The notes: generated by a model from the sequence alone, not told the origin. A DNA stretch of 34,323 nt from Candidatus Glassbacteria bacterium RIFCSPLOWO2_12_FULL_58_11 (GCA_001780825.1 MFIX01000140.1:1-34323), one strand, 5' to 3'; positions 1-8,443 are shown, counted from the stretch's first letter. Made by a program: numbers and translations.

Positions 1-275
1 AAGCCGACATTTTTCATCTCAAAAATGAAACTCTAAGAGTTTCTTTATCGCTCCCAAGCAAACCCCTTCGGCCTTCTTAAGTTGAGGTGCGGAACTCCCT
101 TTAATTCTTCGGCAGCTTACTATTTGAAAAACATTGTATTGATGATTTACGGGATTCGAGCAGAAGGGAATAGACTCTGAACATTCATTCTTAACCAGAG
201 AACCGCATTATTACCAGTCATTATCGGACGCCTAAGCGACCGTATTTCACCTCGCTTTTGTAGCTTTTCCATTTT

Positions 276-491
276 TCACACCAGAACTTTGTCCGCCTTC
301 TTAATCGTCTCGACATCGTAATGCTCGAGGACCTTGTAGAAGTCGAGCAGCTTGCCGCAGTCCGGGCATTTCTGCGGCAGGTAGAAGAACGTCGCTTTCA
401 GTTTCCCATCCACCACCCGCACCGGCTGCTCGACTTTGGAATGGCAGCGGCTGCATTCCCATTTCGGTGAGATAAACTCAACTTTCGGCAA
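276..491 (-). CDS. Small zinc-ribbon protein (71 aa), function unknown
   Basis: Two CxxC pairs (CSRC, CPDC); TTG start with GAGGAG RBS 9 nt upstream on the minus strand. Confidence 0.7.
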   Translation of the reverse strand: MPKVEFISPKWECSRCHSKVEQPVRVVDGKLKATFFYLPQKCPDCGKLLDFYKVLEHYDVETIKKADKVLV

Positions 492-636
492 CGTTTTTCG
501 CTCCTCGAATCAGCGGAAACGGCAATTCCGCAGGACTGGCCGGCAAGGCAAAGGCCACATTGACAACGGGACAATATACAAGAGCACTCCCAGGAAAAGC
601 TATCCCATCCTCGATCTACGTCCCTAGCCTTTATCT

Positions 637-666
637 AAAGTAATGCAGATAGTGGAATATTGTCAA
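637..666 (-). promoter_or_regulatory. Possible sigma70 promoter for the zinc-ribbon gene
   Basis: Minus strand TTGACA (666-661), 18 nt spacer, TACTTT (642-637). Confidence 0.3.
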
Positions 667-758
667 AAGGTTGAGTTTTGCTCCCTTTTGTGTTAAAAAT
701 GATAAGGCCGTGAAATTTAGCAGGCTGCTCTTAACTTCTCAGGTTAAATAACCGGGCG

Positions 759-971
759 ATGATAGATTTTCAGGCCATACGCTCGCGGCATCTTCTGGTA
801 TTCAGAAGATACGCCGCTTTTCGCGATATGAACCTCGGACCGACCCGCCGTGCCAGTGCGGAGATCGAGGCAATTAAGAATCTGACCCTGATAGTCAAGC
901 GGCAATTAGACAACCGGGCCTCATTTCTTCCGGCGGAATTGATCGGCCGGAATATCGATGTCAGCTTCTGA
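759..971 (+). CDS. Hypothetical small protein (70 aa) ending in G-x-x-I-D-x-x-x
   Basis: C-terminus LIGRNIDVSF resembles the YjfB-like terminal motif; no clear RBS. Confidence 0.35.
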   Translation: MIDFQAIRSRHLLVFRRYAAFRDMNLGPTRRASAEIEAIKNLTLIVKRQLDNRASFLPAELIGRNIDVSF

Positions 972-1184
972 TCCTCGATCCCGAGCCGGATACGGCTCCG
1001 GACCTGTGCGGCGGATGGCCGGGTGCGGGATGAGCTATAACTATTGCTTTTTCCTGTAAAACAGTCAAATTAGTCAGAAGTGATTTGGTTTGTGCGAAGT
1101 TATGCATGCATTGATTGGCAAAGCGCCCTCCGGTATTTCATTCACTGAATGAATGATGAACCGGGGATTCAACCGTCGCAAAGC

Positions 1185-1217
1185 AAAAAAAGGCCCGGGA
1201 ATGTGATTCCCGAGCCT
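1185..1217 (-). terminator. Rho-independent terminator
   Basis: Minus strand AGGCUCGGGAAU-cac-AUUCCCGGGCCU then a U run; the single + strand C/A mismatch is a G-U pair on the minus strand, fixing orientation. Confidence 0.85.
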
Positions 1218-1310
1218 CGAGCACAAAAAGCGAGAGATCTATTTGGGGTTCCCGGAAGGGGGTAGATTGGTATCGGCTTCTTTGTGCTCCGTTGTTTCAA
1301 CCTTTGACAC
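1185..1310 (-). ncRNA. Candidate small RNA (~125 nt) with C-rich apical loop
   Basis: Bounded by a sigma28-like promoter and an intrinsic terminator; stem GAGCACAAA(G)AAGC / GCUUUUUGUGCUC (1289-1276 with 1231-1219); loop CCCCCUUCCGGGAACCCC. Confidence 0.6.
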
Positions 1311-1315
1311 TGTTT

Positions 1316-1343
1316 TTATCGGCAATCTGGAAAGTTTACTTTA
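1316..1343 (-). promoter_or_regulatory. Sigma28 (FliA/SigD)-type promoter
   Basis: Minus strand TAAA (1343-1340), 16 nt spacer, perfect GCCGATAA (1323-1316). Confidence 0.7.
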
Positions 1344-1508
1344 GTTTCCGAGCCTTTTCACACAGGGATTAGTGAAGAATATCCGGAGGAAGCCCGAGGA
1401 GTTTCGCTGAATCGAATGCCTGAAATAAGGCGCTATTCATCCTGAACGCCTGTCGCGGTTTTTAAATGATGATTAACGCTGAGCCTTAAACTTACCGGGG
1501 GGTCGGTT

Positions 1509-1919
1509 ATGGATCTCAGCTCTATGTCCAGCACGCGGTACGCCGAGCGTGCTTTTCAGCCGCAGTTTTACCAGCAGCCGCATTATTCTGCGCCCGGAGT
1601 TTCCCCGGGCCAGCCTGGAGCGAGTCCGCTTCCCGGCTCGACCTGGGGCGCCGACAAAACGGTCTGGGTGGCGCAGGACCAGGAGAAAGCCGGCCTGGAG
1701 AAAATCCATGTCAGCGAGGCCGGACAAAGGATGCTCGGCCGGATGGCCGGCCTCTGGGAACTGCAGACCGGAGTGGTCAGAAGGTTCAAGGACGAGCAGA
1801 ACAGCTCCGAGCGGGCGGCTGTCTCCAGCCAGTTTTTGACCCGCAATGCGATCAATGCCCTGGAAGCGGTTAAATCGCGCTTTGCGGTCGCCGGCGCATC
1901 GATCGACATTTATGCTTGA
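1509..1919 (+). CDS. Hypothetical protein (136 aa), low-complexity N-terminus, ending AGASIDIYA
   Basis: G-rich RBS at 1497-1502; GC-rich coding-like codon usage; internal EKIHVSEAG and terminal G-x-x-ID-x-Y-A motif. Confidence 0.6.
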   Translation: MDLSSMSSTRYAERAFQPQFYQQPHYSAPGVSPGQPGASPLPGSTWGADKTVWVAQDQEKAGLEKIHVSEAGQRMLGRMAGLWELQTGVVRRFKDEQNSSERAAVSSQFLTRNAINALEAVKSRFAVAGASIDIYA

Positions 1920-2031
1920 CATATTCGCGGCTGGAAATTATTTATCGGGTTTAATTTATCCGGCGTTATTTTCCCCGTGCCACGGCGTGGTCATCGGCCT
2001 GCGCCGTTCGTTGACTCCAGGAGGACCGATT

Positions 2032-2757
2032 ATGCGCGCTGGGCGTTCAATGTTATTCGTTTTCTCGGCAACTTTGTTTCTGTTGTTGGGATGTTCGAAC
2101 AGGCCCACATATTACTTGAAATTGCAGTTGCAAGGGGCGGATGCTGTTTGCCAGGGAGTGCAGATCGCATTCTCCTCTTATAATTACGTAGAAGTGCTGG
2201 ACAGCTTGACCAAAATGAATAACCCCGGCCCCCGGCCGGATTCGACTGAGTTGATGGCTCTGGTGGCTACCTACCAGACAATTCTGGAAAAAAGCGCCCG
2301 CATGGCGGACGCGGTCGATACCCTCCGGGATGCGCTTGAAAAACTCGACAGCAAAACCGTGGATTACCGGAAAAAATATCCCCTGTTCCAGCGGCTCGAA
2401 AAAGAACTGCAGGAACGAATGGTGGAGCGCCAGCAGATTCACGAGCAGTACCTGGAGGCCAAGGGTTCTTACGATATTAAGTTAAAGGATTGGCAGACCT
2501 CGGCCTACAAGGGTTTCAGCGATTTCAAATCGAGTATTATTCCCGAGTTCCAGACCAAGGTGGAGCTGACGGATCAGGATTGCATGGTTAAGAAACTGGA
2601 CCTGCCTTATACGAGATGGTGGCTGCATTGCGAGACCCGGAAACCGGGCTCGGCCAATGAGAAATTGATCTGGGAAATGGAAATGCCGGTGGGCGCGGAC
2701 TCCCTGATGATAATTCTTGATGAAAGCAATGCCAAGGTATCTAAAGAGATGCTCTGA
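2032..2757 (+). CDS. Predicted lipoprotein with central coiled coil (241 aa)
   Basis: GGAGG at 2020-2024 before ATG 2032 (track start 1846 is over-extended); signal peptide with lipobox LLGC. Confidence 0.8.
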   Translation: MRAGRSMLFVFSATLFLLLGCSNRPTYYLKLQLQGADAVCQGVQIAFSSYNYVEVLDSLTKMNNPGPRPDSTELMALVATYQTILEKSARMADAVDTLRDALEKLDSKTVDYRKKYPLFQRLEKELQERMVERQQIHEQYLEAKGSYDIKLKDWQTSAYKGFSDFKSSIIPEFQTKVELTDQDCMVKKLDLPYTRWWLHCETRKPGSANEKLIWEMEMPVGADSLMIILDESNAKVSKEML

Positions 2758-2792
2758 CAAAAAGTTATGGCAAAACTTTACCGGCCAGACAC

Positions 2793-2834
2793 CCGGCAGT
2801 CTTTCCTCGCCAGAATCCGGAAAACTGCCGGTTT
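2793..2834 (+). terminator. Hairpin, possible terminator after the lipoprotein gene
   Basis: CCGGCAGT-c-TTTCC pairs with GGAAA-ACTGCCGG; only TTT follows. Confidence 0.4.
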
Positions 2835-2865
2835 GTGTATCCGGCTGAATCAGTAAGCTTAAAGG

Positions 2866-2968
2866 GAGGGTTGCGGAGCGCCGCATGTCGGGTGATCAGT
2901 CTGTACCTTTCCGGTTAGTTTGCGGGACTTGCTGAAATGGCAGCCGGCGCTTCGCCGCCGGCTATTTC
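2866..2968 (+). promoter_or_regulatory. Possible divergent SAH riboswitch-like leader of ahcY
   Basis: GGAGCGCC (2875-2882) is complementary to GGCGCTTC (2946-2953), which also lies in a competing hairpin at 2942-2963; located directly upstream of ahcY. Confidence 0.3.
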
Positions 2969-2997
2969 TACGGTTGGATAGAATGGACGGAGATTAA

Positions 2998-4257
2998 ATG
3001 AACTATCATATTGCTGATCCATCCCTGGCCAAGGGTGGCAAGAAAAGAATCGATTGGGCCGAGCACGATATGCCGGTGCTGCGCCTCGTGCGCGGGCGGT
3101 TCCAGAAGGAGAAGCCGCTGGAAGGCGTAAAAATGAGCGCCTGTCTGCATGTGACCGCCGAGACTGCGAACCTGTGCCGTACGCTGGCCGCGGGCGGCGC
3201 GGACCTGGTCCTGTGCGCCTCGAACCCGCTCAGCACCCAGGATGATGTCGCCGCCTCGCTGGTAAAAGATGATAAGTTCAAAGTATTCGCAGTCCGCGGT
3301 GAGGACCACGATACCTATTACTCCCATATTCACAGCGCGATCAAGCACAAGCCGACAATCACGATGGACGATGGGGCGGACCTGGTCTCCACGATACATG
3401 CCGAGTATCCCGCCCTGGTGGGCAAGATCATGGGCAGTATGGAAGAGACTACGACCGGGGTGATCCGCCTCAGAGCGATGGCCGTCGATGGGGCGCTGAA
3501 AATCCCGGTGTTCGCGGTCAATGATGCGCAGACCAAGCACCTGTTCGACAACCGCTACGGCACAGGCCAGTCAACTGTGGATGGGATTATCCGGGCGACG
3601 GATATTCTGCTGGCCGGAAAAAATGTGGTCGCCGCCGGATACGGTTTCTGCGGGCGCGGTTTTGCCATGCGCGCCCGCGGCATGGGCGCCAATGTCATTA
3701 TTACCGAGGTTGACCCGATCAAAGCGATCGAGGCGGTGATGGATGGCTACCGGGTGATGACCATGAAAGAAGCCGCGGTTGTCGGCGACCTGTTCTGCAC
3801 CCTGACCGGCGATATCAATGTTGTACGCCCCGAGCATTTCAAGCTGATGAAGGATGGAGCGATTGTCTGCAACAGCGGACATTTCAATGTCGAGCTCGAT
3901 CTGAAGGGCCTGGCCAAGCTGGCGGTCAAGGTCGAAAAGAACGTACGAAAAGAAGTGGATGCTTATTATCTCAAGGATGGCCGGAAAATTTTCGTACTCG
4001 GTGAGGGCCGGCTGATCAACCTGGCCGCTGCCGAGGGCCATCCGGCCTCGGTGATGGATATGAGCTTCGCGGTCCAGGCCCTGACCACCGAGTACGTGGT
4101 CAAAAACCACAAGAAATTCAGCCCCCGGGTGTATGAGGTCCCGGAAGCGATCGATAACTGGGTCGCCGAGCTGAAGCTGAAATCCATGGGCGTCTCGATT
4201 GATAAGCTTACCCCGGAACAGGTAAAATATCTCGCCAGCTGGACCATGGGAACCTGA
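2998..4257 (+). CDS. ahcY: Adenosylhomocysteinase (SAH hydrolase)
   Basis: Motifs [54 protein letters not shown]. Confidence 0.97.
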   Translation: MNYHIADPSLAKGGKKRIDWAEHDMPVLRLVRGRFQKEKPLEGVKMSACLHVTAETANLCRTLAAGGADLVLCASNPLSTQDDVAASLVKDDKFKVFAVRGEDHDTYYSHIHSAIKHKPTITMDDGADLVSTIHAEYPALVGKIMGSMEETTTGVIRLRAMAVDGALKIPVFAVNDAQTKHLFDNRYGTGQSTVDGIIRATDILLAGKNVVAAGYGFCGRGFAMRARGMGANVIITEVDPIKAIEAVMDGYRVMTMKEAAVVGDLFCTLTGDINVVRPEHFKLMKDGAIVCNSGHFNVELDLKGLAKLAVKVEKNVRKEVDAYYLKDGRKIFVLGEGRLINLAAAEGHPASVMDMSFAVQALTTEYVVKNHKKFSPRVYEVPEAIDNWVAELKLKSMGVSIDKLTPEQVKYLASWTMGT

Positions 4258-4394
4258 GCGCCGGGTTCCGGTATAATTTGTGCAGTCGTTAATTGGGGAT
4301 AAGCGGAAACGACAATTCAACGCTATCGGGCGATCCGCGGGGCAGGCAATCTGCCGGGGATCGTTAATCTTTGTAGAGCGGAAGCGAGCGAGCG

Positions 4395-4889
4395 ATGATA
4401 GAACTGACTATTTCCGGCCTCGGGATCGACAGCTCGAATAACTCGCCGGTGGTGCTGCTGAAAGAGAAAAGCGGCGAGAGGGTCCTGCCGATCTGGATCG
4501 GTCCCAGCGAGGCCAGCGCTATCGCCATGGAAATATCCGGCGTCAAATTCAAGCGGCCCCTGACCCACGACCTGTTCAAACAGGTGCTGCTCGACCTCGG
4601 GGTGGTCCTGGAGTCCGTTTTTATCAGCGAGCTCAAGGACAATACGTATTATGCCAGGATTTATCTGAAACACGAGGGAAAGCGTATCGAGCTCGATGCC
4701 CGTCCCAGCGACTCGATTGCCCTGGCCCTGCGGATGAAAGCGCCGATACATACCACCGAGGAGCTCCTGGACAGCGCCAGCAAAATCATGCCCAAAACTG
4801 TCGCCCAGACCGAGGAGTACGACCCGGAGGTCCTGCGCGAAACCCTGCGCAAAATGAACCCGGAAGATTTCGGTAAGTTTTCGCTCTGA
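4395..4889 (+). CDS. Bifunctional nuclease family protein (DUF151)
   Basis: LPIWIGPSEA, RPLTHDL, DARPSDSIALA. Confidence 0.92.
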   Translation: MIELTISGLGIDSSNNSPVVLLKEKSGERVLPIWIGPSEASAIAMEISGVKFKRPLTHDLFKQVLLDLGVVLESVFISELKDNTYYARIYLKHEGKRIELDARPSDSIALALRMKAPIHTTEELLDSASKIMPKTVAQTEEYDPEVLRETLRKMNPEDFGKFSL

Positions 4890-5034
4890 AAGACATTGAA
4901 TGGATTAGGCTGAAGCTCCTGATCCACGATGTCCATTCCCTGGCGCGATTTCGGCTTCGATTTACGCCGCAAGCGCGGTAGGAAAAACAGAAAAATAAAT
5001 TCGCGCCAAAACTATATATTCTGCTGTAATTTAC

Positions 5035-5063
5035 TTGACTGGTCCGCGGGGTTTGATTAAAAT
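5035..5063 (+). promoter_or_regulatory. Sigma70 promoter of the aro/leu operon
   Basis: TTGACT-17 nt-TAAAAT with AT-rich upstream sequence. Confidence 0.8.
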
Positions 5064-5130
5064 AAGATTATTCGGAAGGATACGGGATTCTGGAACAGGC
5101 TTCCCATTTGAATTGATGCTGGAGGTATCC

Positions 5131-5163
5131 GTGTTGTACTTGTACCTTCTTTTTCCAATCTAA
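5131..5163 (+). CDS. Attenuator leader peptide MLYLYLLFPI
   Basis: GGAGG at 5121-5125; GTG TTG TAC TTG TAC CTT CTT TTT CCA ATC TAA; in-frame ATG at 5116 is an alternative start. Confidence 0.8.
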   Translation: MLYLYLLFPI

Positions 5164-5257
5164 TATTTGATTTGATAGTGAGGGAAGGGACTGCCGGAAC
5201 TCGATCAAAAGTGCAATCAAGCGTGACCCGCCACTATCAAGCCGATAGTGGTTTTTT
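5145..5257 (+). promoter_or_regulatory. Transcription attenuator with mutually exclusive 1:2, 2:3 and 3:4 helices
   Basis: 1:2 CCTTCTTT (5145-5152)/AGGGAAGG (5181-5188) plus inner stem; 2:3 TTGATAGTG (5172-5180)/CACTATCAA (5232-5240); 3:4 is the terminator. Confidence 0.8.
5231..5257 (+). terminator. Attenuator terminator
   Basis: CCACTATC-aagcc-GATAGTGG followed by TTTTTT. Confidence 0.88.
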
Positions 5258-5368
5258 GTTATTCGGACCCTGTTTGGGGTGGCATTTTCATTAAAGGCTT
5301 TCCGGCCGAAATCGAAGATATTTATATCCTAACTTACTGAATACGCTTAAATTATAAGGTTCGCTCTC

Positions 5369-5665
5369 ATGGAAAACGGATTCGATGGCTGGCGGGATAA
5401 AATCGATGAGATCGACAAAAAACTGATCGAGCTTTTCAACAAGCGCGCGGAATACGCGATTGAAATCGGACGGCTCAAGAGAATCAAAGGCCTGCCGGTT
5501 TACGATCCGGAGCGGGAGAACATGATATACGAACAGTTGAAGCTGCGCAACCAGGGTCCGCTTTCCGATCCGGCCATCCGGCGCTTATTCGAGCGGATTA
5601 TCGACGAAACCCGCCGTCTCGAGCGCGAAATCTGTGAAACAGGGGGAGCGGGCGATGATAATTAG
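5369..5665 (+). CDS. Monofunctional chorismate mutase (AroQ class)
   Basis: RDKIDEIDKKLIELFNKR, IGRLK, PVYDPERE. Confidence 0.92.
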   Translation: MENGFDGWRDKIDEIDKKLIELFNKRAEYAIEIGRLKRIKGLPVYDPERENMIYEQLKLRNQGPLSDPAIRRLFERIIDETRRLEREICETGGAGDDN

Positions 5666-6674
5666 CATGCGCCACGATGCCTCCGAGCCGCAGATCCAGG
5701 CGGTGATCGAGAAACTCCAGAGCCTGAAGCTCGATGCGCACCGCTCGACCGGCCTCGACCGGACGATTATCGGCGCTATCGGCGATACCGCCCGGATCGA
5801 CACGCGGGATTTCGAGATTCTCGAGGGTGTCGATGACGTGGTGCGCATCTCCGCGCCCTACAAATTGGCCAGCCGCCAGTTCAAGCCTTCGGACACGGTG
5901 GTAAAAATCCGGGATGTGGCTATCGGGGGAAGGGAAGTGGTGGTCTCCGCCGGCCCCTGCTCGGTGGAAAGCCGCGAGCAGATCGATTTGATCGCCCGCC
6001 TGGTGGCCGCCGCAGGCGCGAAAATCCTGCGCGGTGGGGCTTTCAAGCCCCGCACCTCGCCTTATAGTTTTCAAGGCCTGGGCGAGGAGGGTTTGATAAT
6101 GATGCGCGAGGCCGCGGATAAATACGGCCTGGCTATCGCCAGCGAGGTGATGGACGCGAGCCAGATCGAGATGATGCTCCAGTACGTGGATATCTTTCAG
6201 GTAGGGGCGAGGAACATGCAGAATTTCACCCTCCTGCGCAGCCTGAGCAAGGTCAGCAAACCGGTACTTTTGAAAAGGGGGCTCTCGGCAACCATCGAGG
6301 AGTTACTGATGTCAGCCGAGTACATCCTTTCCGGGGGCAACACCCAGGTGATCCTGTGCGAGCGGGGGATTCGCACTTTCGAAACCTACACCCGCAACAC
6401 CATGGATATCTGCGCCATCCCGGTGGTCCATAAACTCAGCCACCTGCCGATTGTCGCTGACCCGAGCCACGGTACGGGCCTGCGCGACAAGGTGCTGCCG
6501 ATGGCGCGCGCGGCGATTGCCGCGGGGGCGGACGGCCTGCTGATCGAGGTCCATCACGAGCCGGACAAGGCGGTCAGTGACGGGGCCCAGAGCCTTTACC
6601 CCAATCAGTTCGACACACTGATGAAAGAGCTGGAAATAATCGCCCGGGCAATCGGCAGAACGCTCGCGGCCTGA
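5655..6674 (+). CDS. aroF: DAHP synthase type I-beta with N-terminal ACT-like domain, paralogue 1
   Basis: [48 protein letters not shown]; start set to ATG 5655 (MIISM) after GGGGGAG. Confidence 0.93.
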   Translation: MIISMRHDASEPQIQAVIEKLQSLKLDAHRSTGLDRTIIGAIGDTARIDTRDFEILEGVDDVVRISAPYKLASRQFKPSDTVVKIRDVAIGGREVVVSAGPCSVESREQIDLIARLVAAAGAKILRGGAFKPRTSPYSFQGLGEEGLIMMREAADKYGLAIASEVMDASQIEMMLQYVDIFQVGARNMQNFTLLRSLSKVSKPVLLKRGLSATIEELLMSAEYILSGGNTQVILCERGIRTFETYTRNTMDICAIPVVHKLSHLPIVADPSHGTGLRDKVLPMARAAIAAGADGLLIEVHHEPDKAVSDGAQSLYPNQFDTLMKELEIIARAIGRTLAA

Positions 6675-6717
6675 GATCACAGCCCGACGCTCCCATGAGC
6701 GGGGACAGGTGCTTATT

Positions 6718-6798
6718 ATGTTCGATTTCGCCATAAAAATTCGCTGGTTCTCAACTACCAGCTTGCGACTCCTCCCGCTGGATACGTGCCGCAGCTGA
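6718..6798 (+). promoter_or_regulatory. Candidate leuA leader uORF (MFDFAIKIRWFSTTSLRLLPLDTCRS) carrying an anti-SD
   Basis: Codons CTC CTC CCG contain TCCTCCC (6770-6776), the exact complement of the leuA SD GGGAGGA (6861-6867); AGGT lies 7 nt before the ATG. Confidence 0.5.
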
Positions 6799-6871
6799 TT
6801 ACTCTCGTGCTTTGGACTTATTCCGGAATTATTAACGAACTGAGAGATTCCGATTTCTCAGGGAGGATGAA

Positions 6872-8443
6872 ATGTCGAGTAAAAAACGGAAAATTATCAT
6901 TTTCGATACTACCCTGCGCGATGGCGAGCAAAGTCCCGGATGCAGCATGAATCTGGATGAAAAACTGGCCATGGCCCGCCAACTGGCCAGGCTCCAGGTC
7001 GATGTCATCGAGGCAGGGTTCCCGATCGCCAGCGACGGCGATTTCGAGGCGGTAAAGGCAATCGCCCAGCAGGTACGCAATGTCAGAGTGGCCGGCCTGG
7101 CCCGAGCGGTCAAGATCGATATCGATCGGGCCTGGGAGGCGCTGCAGTACGCCGCGCAGCCCCGGATCCACACTTTTATCGCCACCAGTGATATCCACCT
7201 CAAATATAAGCTGAAAAAAAGCCGCCAGGAGGTCCTGGATGCGGCCGTGGCCGCGGTGCAACTGGCCAAAAGCTATTGTGAGGACGTTGAGTTCTCCTGT
7301 GAGGATGCCGGCCGCACTGAGGACGATTACCTGGCGCAGGTGGTCAAGGCGACTATCGAGGCCGGCGCGACCACGATCAACATTCCCGACACGGTCGGCT
7401 ATGCGATCCCCAGCGAATGGGGCGAGCGTATGAAGCGACTGGTTAAGAACGTGCCTGAGCTGACCAGGAAAGCGGTGCTCAGCACGCATTGCCACAACGA
7501 TCTCGGCCTGGCGGTGTCCAATTCAATCGCCGCCTGCCAGAACGGCGCGGGCCAGGTGGAGTGCACGATCAATGGAATCGGCGAGCGGGCCGGCAATGCC
7601 TCGCTGGAGGAGTTCGTGATGGCCTGCCGGACCAGGCACGATCTGCTCGATTTCACCACAGGGATCGTGACCGAGGAAATTTATCCCACCAGCCGCCTGC
7701 TCACCAATACCACCGGAGTATTCGTGCAGCAGAACAAGGCAGTTGTCGGCAAGAACGCATTCGCCCATGAGGCCGGAATCCATCAGGACGGGATGCTGAA
7801 AGATTCGCTGACCTACGAGATCATGACTCCGCAATCGGTGGGGATAGTCAAGAGCAACATCGTCCTGGGAAAACATTCCGGCCGCCACGCCCTGGCCAAC
7901 CGGTTCTCCGAGCTGGGCTTTGATCTGGAGAAGACCGAGCTGGACAAGGCTTACAAACTGTTTACCAAGCTGGCGGACCAGAAGAAAAACATATCGGATG
8001 AGGACCTGCTGGCGATTATTCAGGATGGGATCCAGAATATTCCCGAAAAATGGCACATGAAGTACATCCAGACCATAGGCGGCAACCAGGTGGTCAGCTC
8101 GGCCGTGGTAGTCCTGATTGATATGGACACCAGCACCGAGGTCAAAGACGCTGCTCCCGGAGATGGGCCGGTCAGCGCCCTCTGTAAATCGATTGACCGG
8201 ATTGTCGGCCTTGAAGGTACGGTCACTGACTACCAGGTGCATTCGATCACCGAGGGCCGGGATGCGGTCGGCGAGGTGTTCCTGCGCGTTACTTTCGATA
8301 AAGTCGAGTATATGGGCAAAGCGGCGAGCACCGATGTGATGGATGCGACCGCCAGAGCTTATCTCAATGCGGTCAATAAGGCCTTGTACGCCAGGCAAAA
8401 CAGCAAGTCGAAGAAACGGGACAGGCATGGGGCGGGAGTCTGA
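6872..8443 (+). CDS. leuA: 2-isopropylmalate synthase
   Basis: [41 protein letters not shown]-terminal regulatory domain GDGPV. Confidence 0.95.
   Translation: MSSKKRKIIIFDTTLRDGEQSPGCSMNLDEKLAMARQLARLQVDVIEAGFPIASDGDFEAVKAIAQQVRNVRVAGLARAVKIDIDRAWEALQYAAQPRIHTFIATSDIHLKYKLKKSRQEVLDAAVAAVQLAKSYCEDVEFSCEDAGRTEDDYLAQVVKATIEAGATTINIPDTVGYAIPSEWGERMKRLVKNVPELTRKAVLSTHCHNDLGLAVSNSIAACQNGAGQVECTINGIGERAGNASLEEFVMACRTRHDLLDFTTGIVTEEIYPTSRLLTNTTGVFVQQNKAVVGKNAFAHEAGIHQDGMLKDSLTYEIMTPQSVGIVKSNIVLGKHSGRHALANRFSELGFDLEKTELDKAYKLFTKLADQKKNISDEDLLAIIQDGIQNIPEKWHMKYIQTIGGNQVVSSAVVVLIDMDTSTEVKDAAPGDGPVSALCKSIDRIVGLEGTVTDYQVHSITEGRDAVGEVFLRVTFDKVEYMGKAASTDVMDATARAYLNAVNKALYARQNSKSKKRDRHGAGV

Noticed and set aside
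8-44. Two short inverted repeats (CATTTTT/AAAAATG and GAAACTC/GAGTTTC) and a possible minus-strand ATG at 17
   Set aside because: Too short and cut by the window edge; no supportable call
1117-1184. GGCAAA...hairpin...CGCAAAGC reminiscent of a c-di-GMP-I riboswitch
   Set aside because: No GNRA-capped P2, no recognisable P3, and the 3' side runs into the minus-strand terminator
1473-1922. Minus-strand ORFs overlapping 1509-1919
   Set aside because: Antisense shadows with no motifs; the + ORF has the RBS and terminal motif
1846-2031. N-terminal extensions in the ORF track (also 8343, 26402, 28733 and 29872 starts)
   Set aside because: Downstream starts have an RBS or translational coupling and match family N-termini
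5070-5260. T-box interpretation of the aro/leu leader
   Set aside because: No T-box consensus (AANNNAGGTGGTACCGCG-like) or stem I; the leader peptide explains the structure
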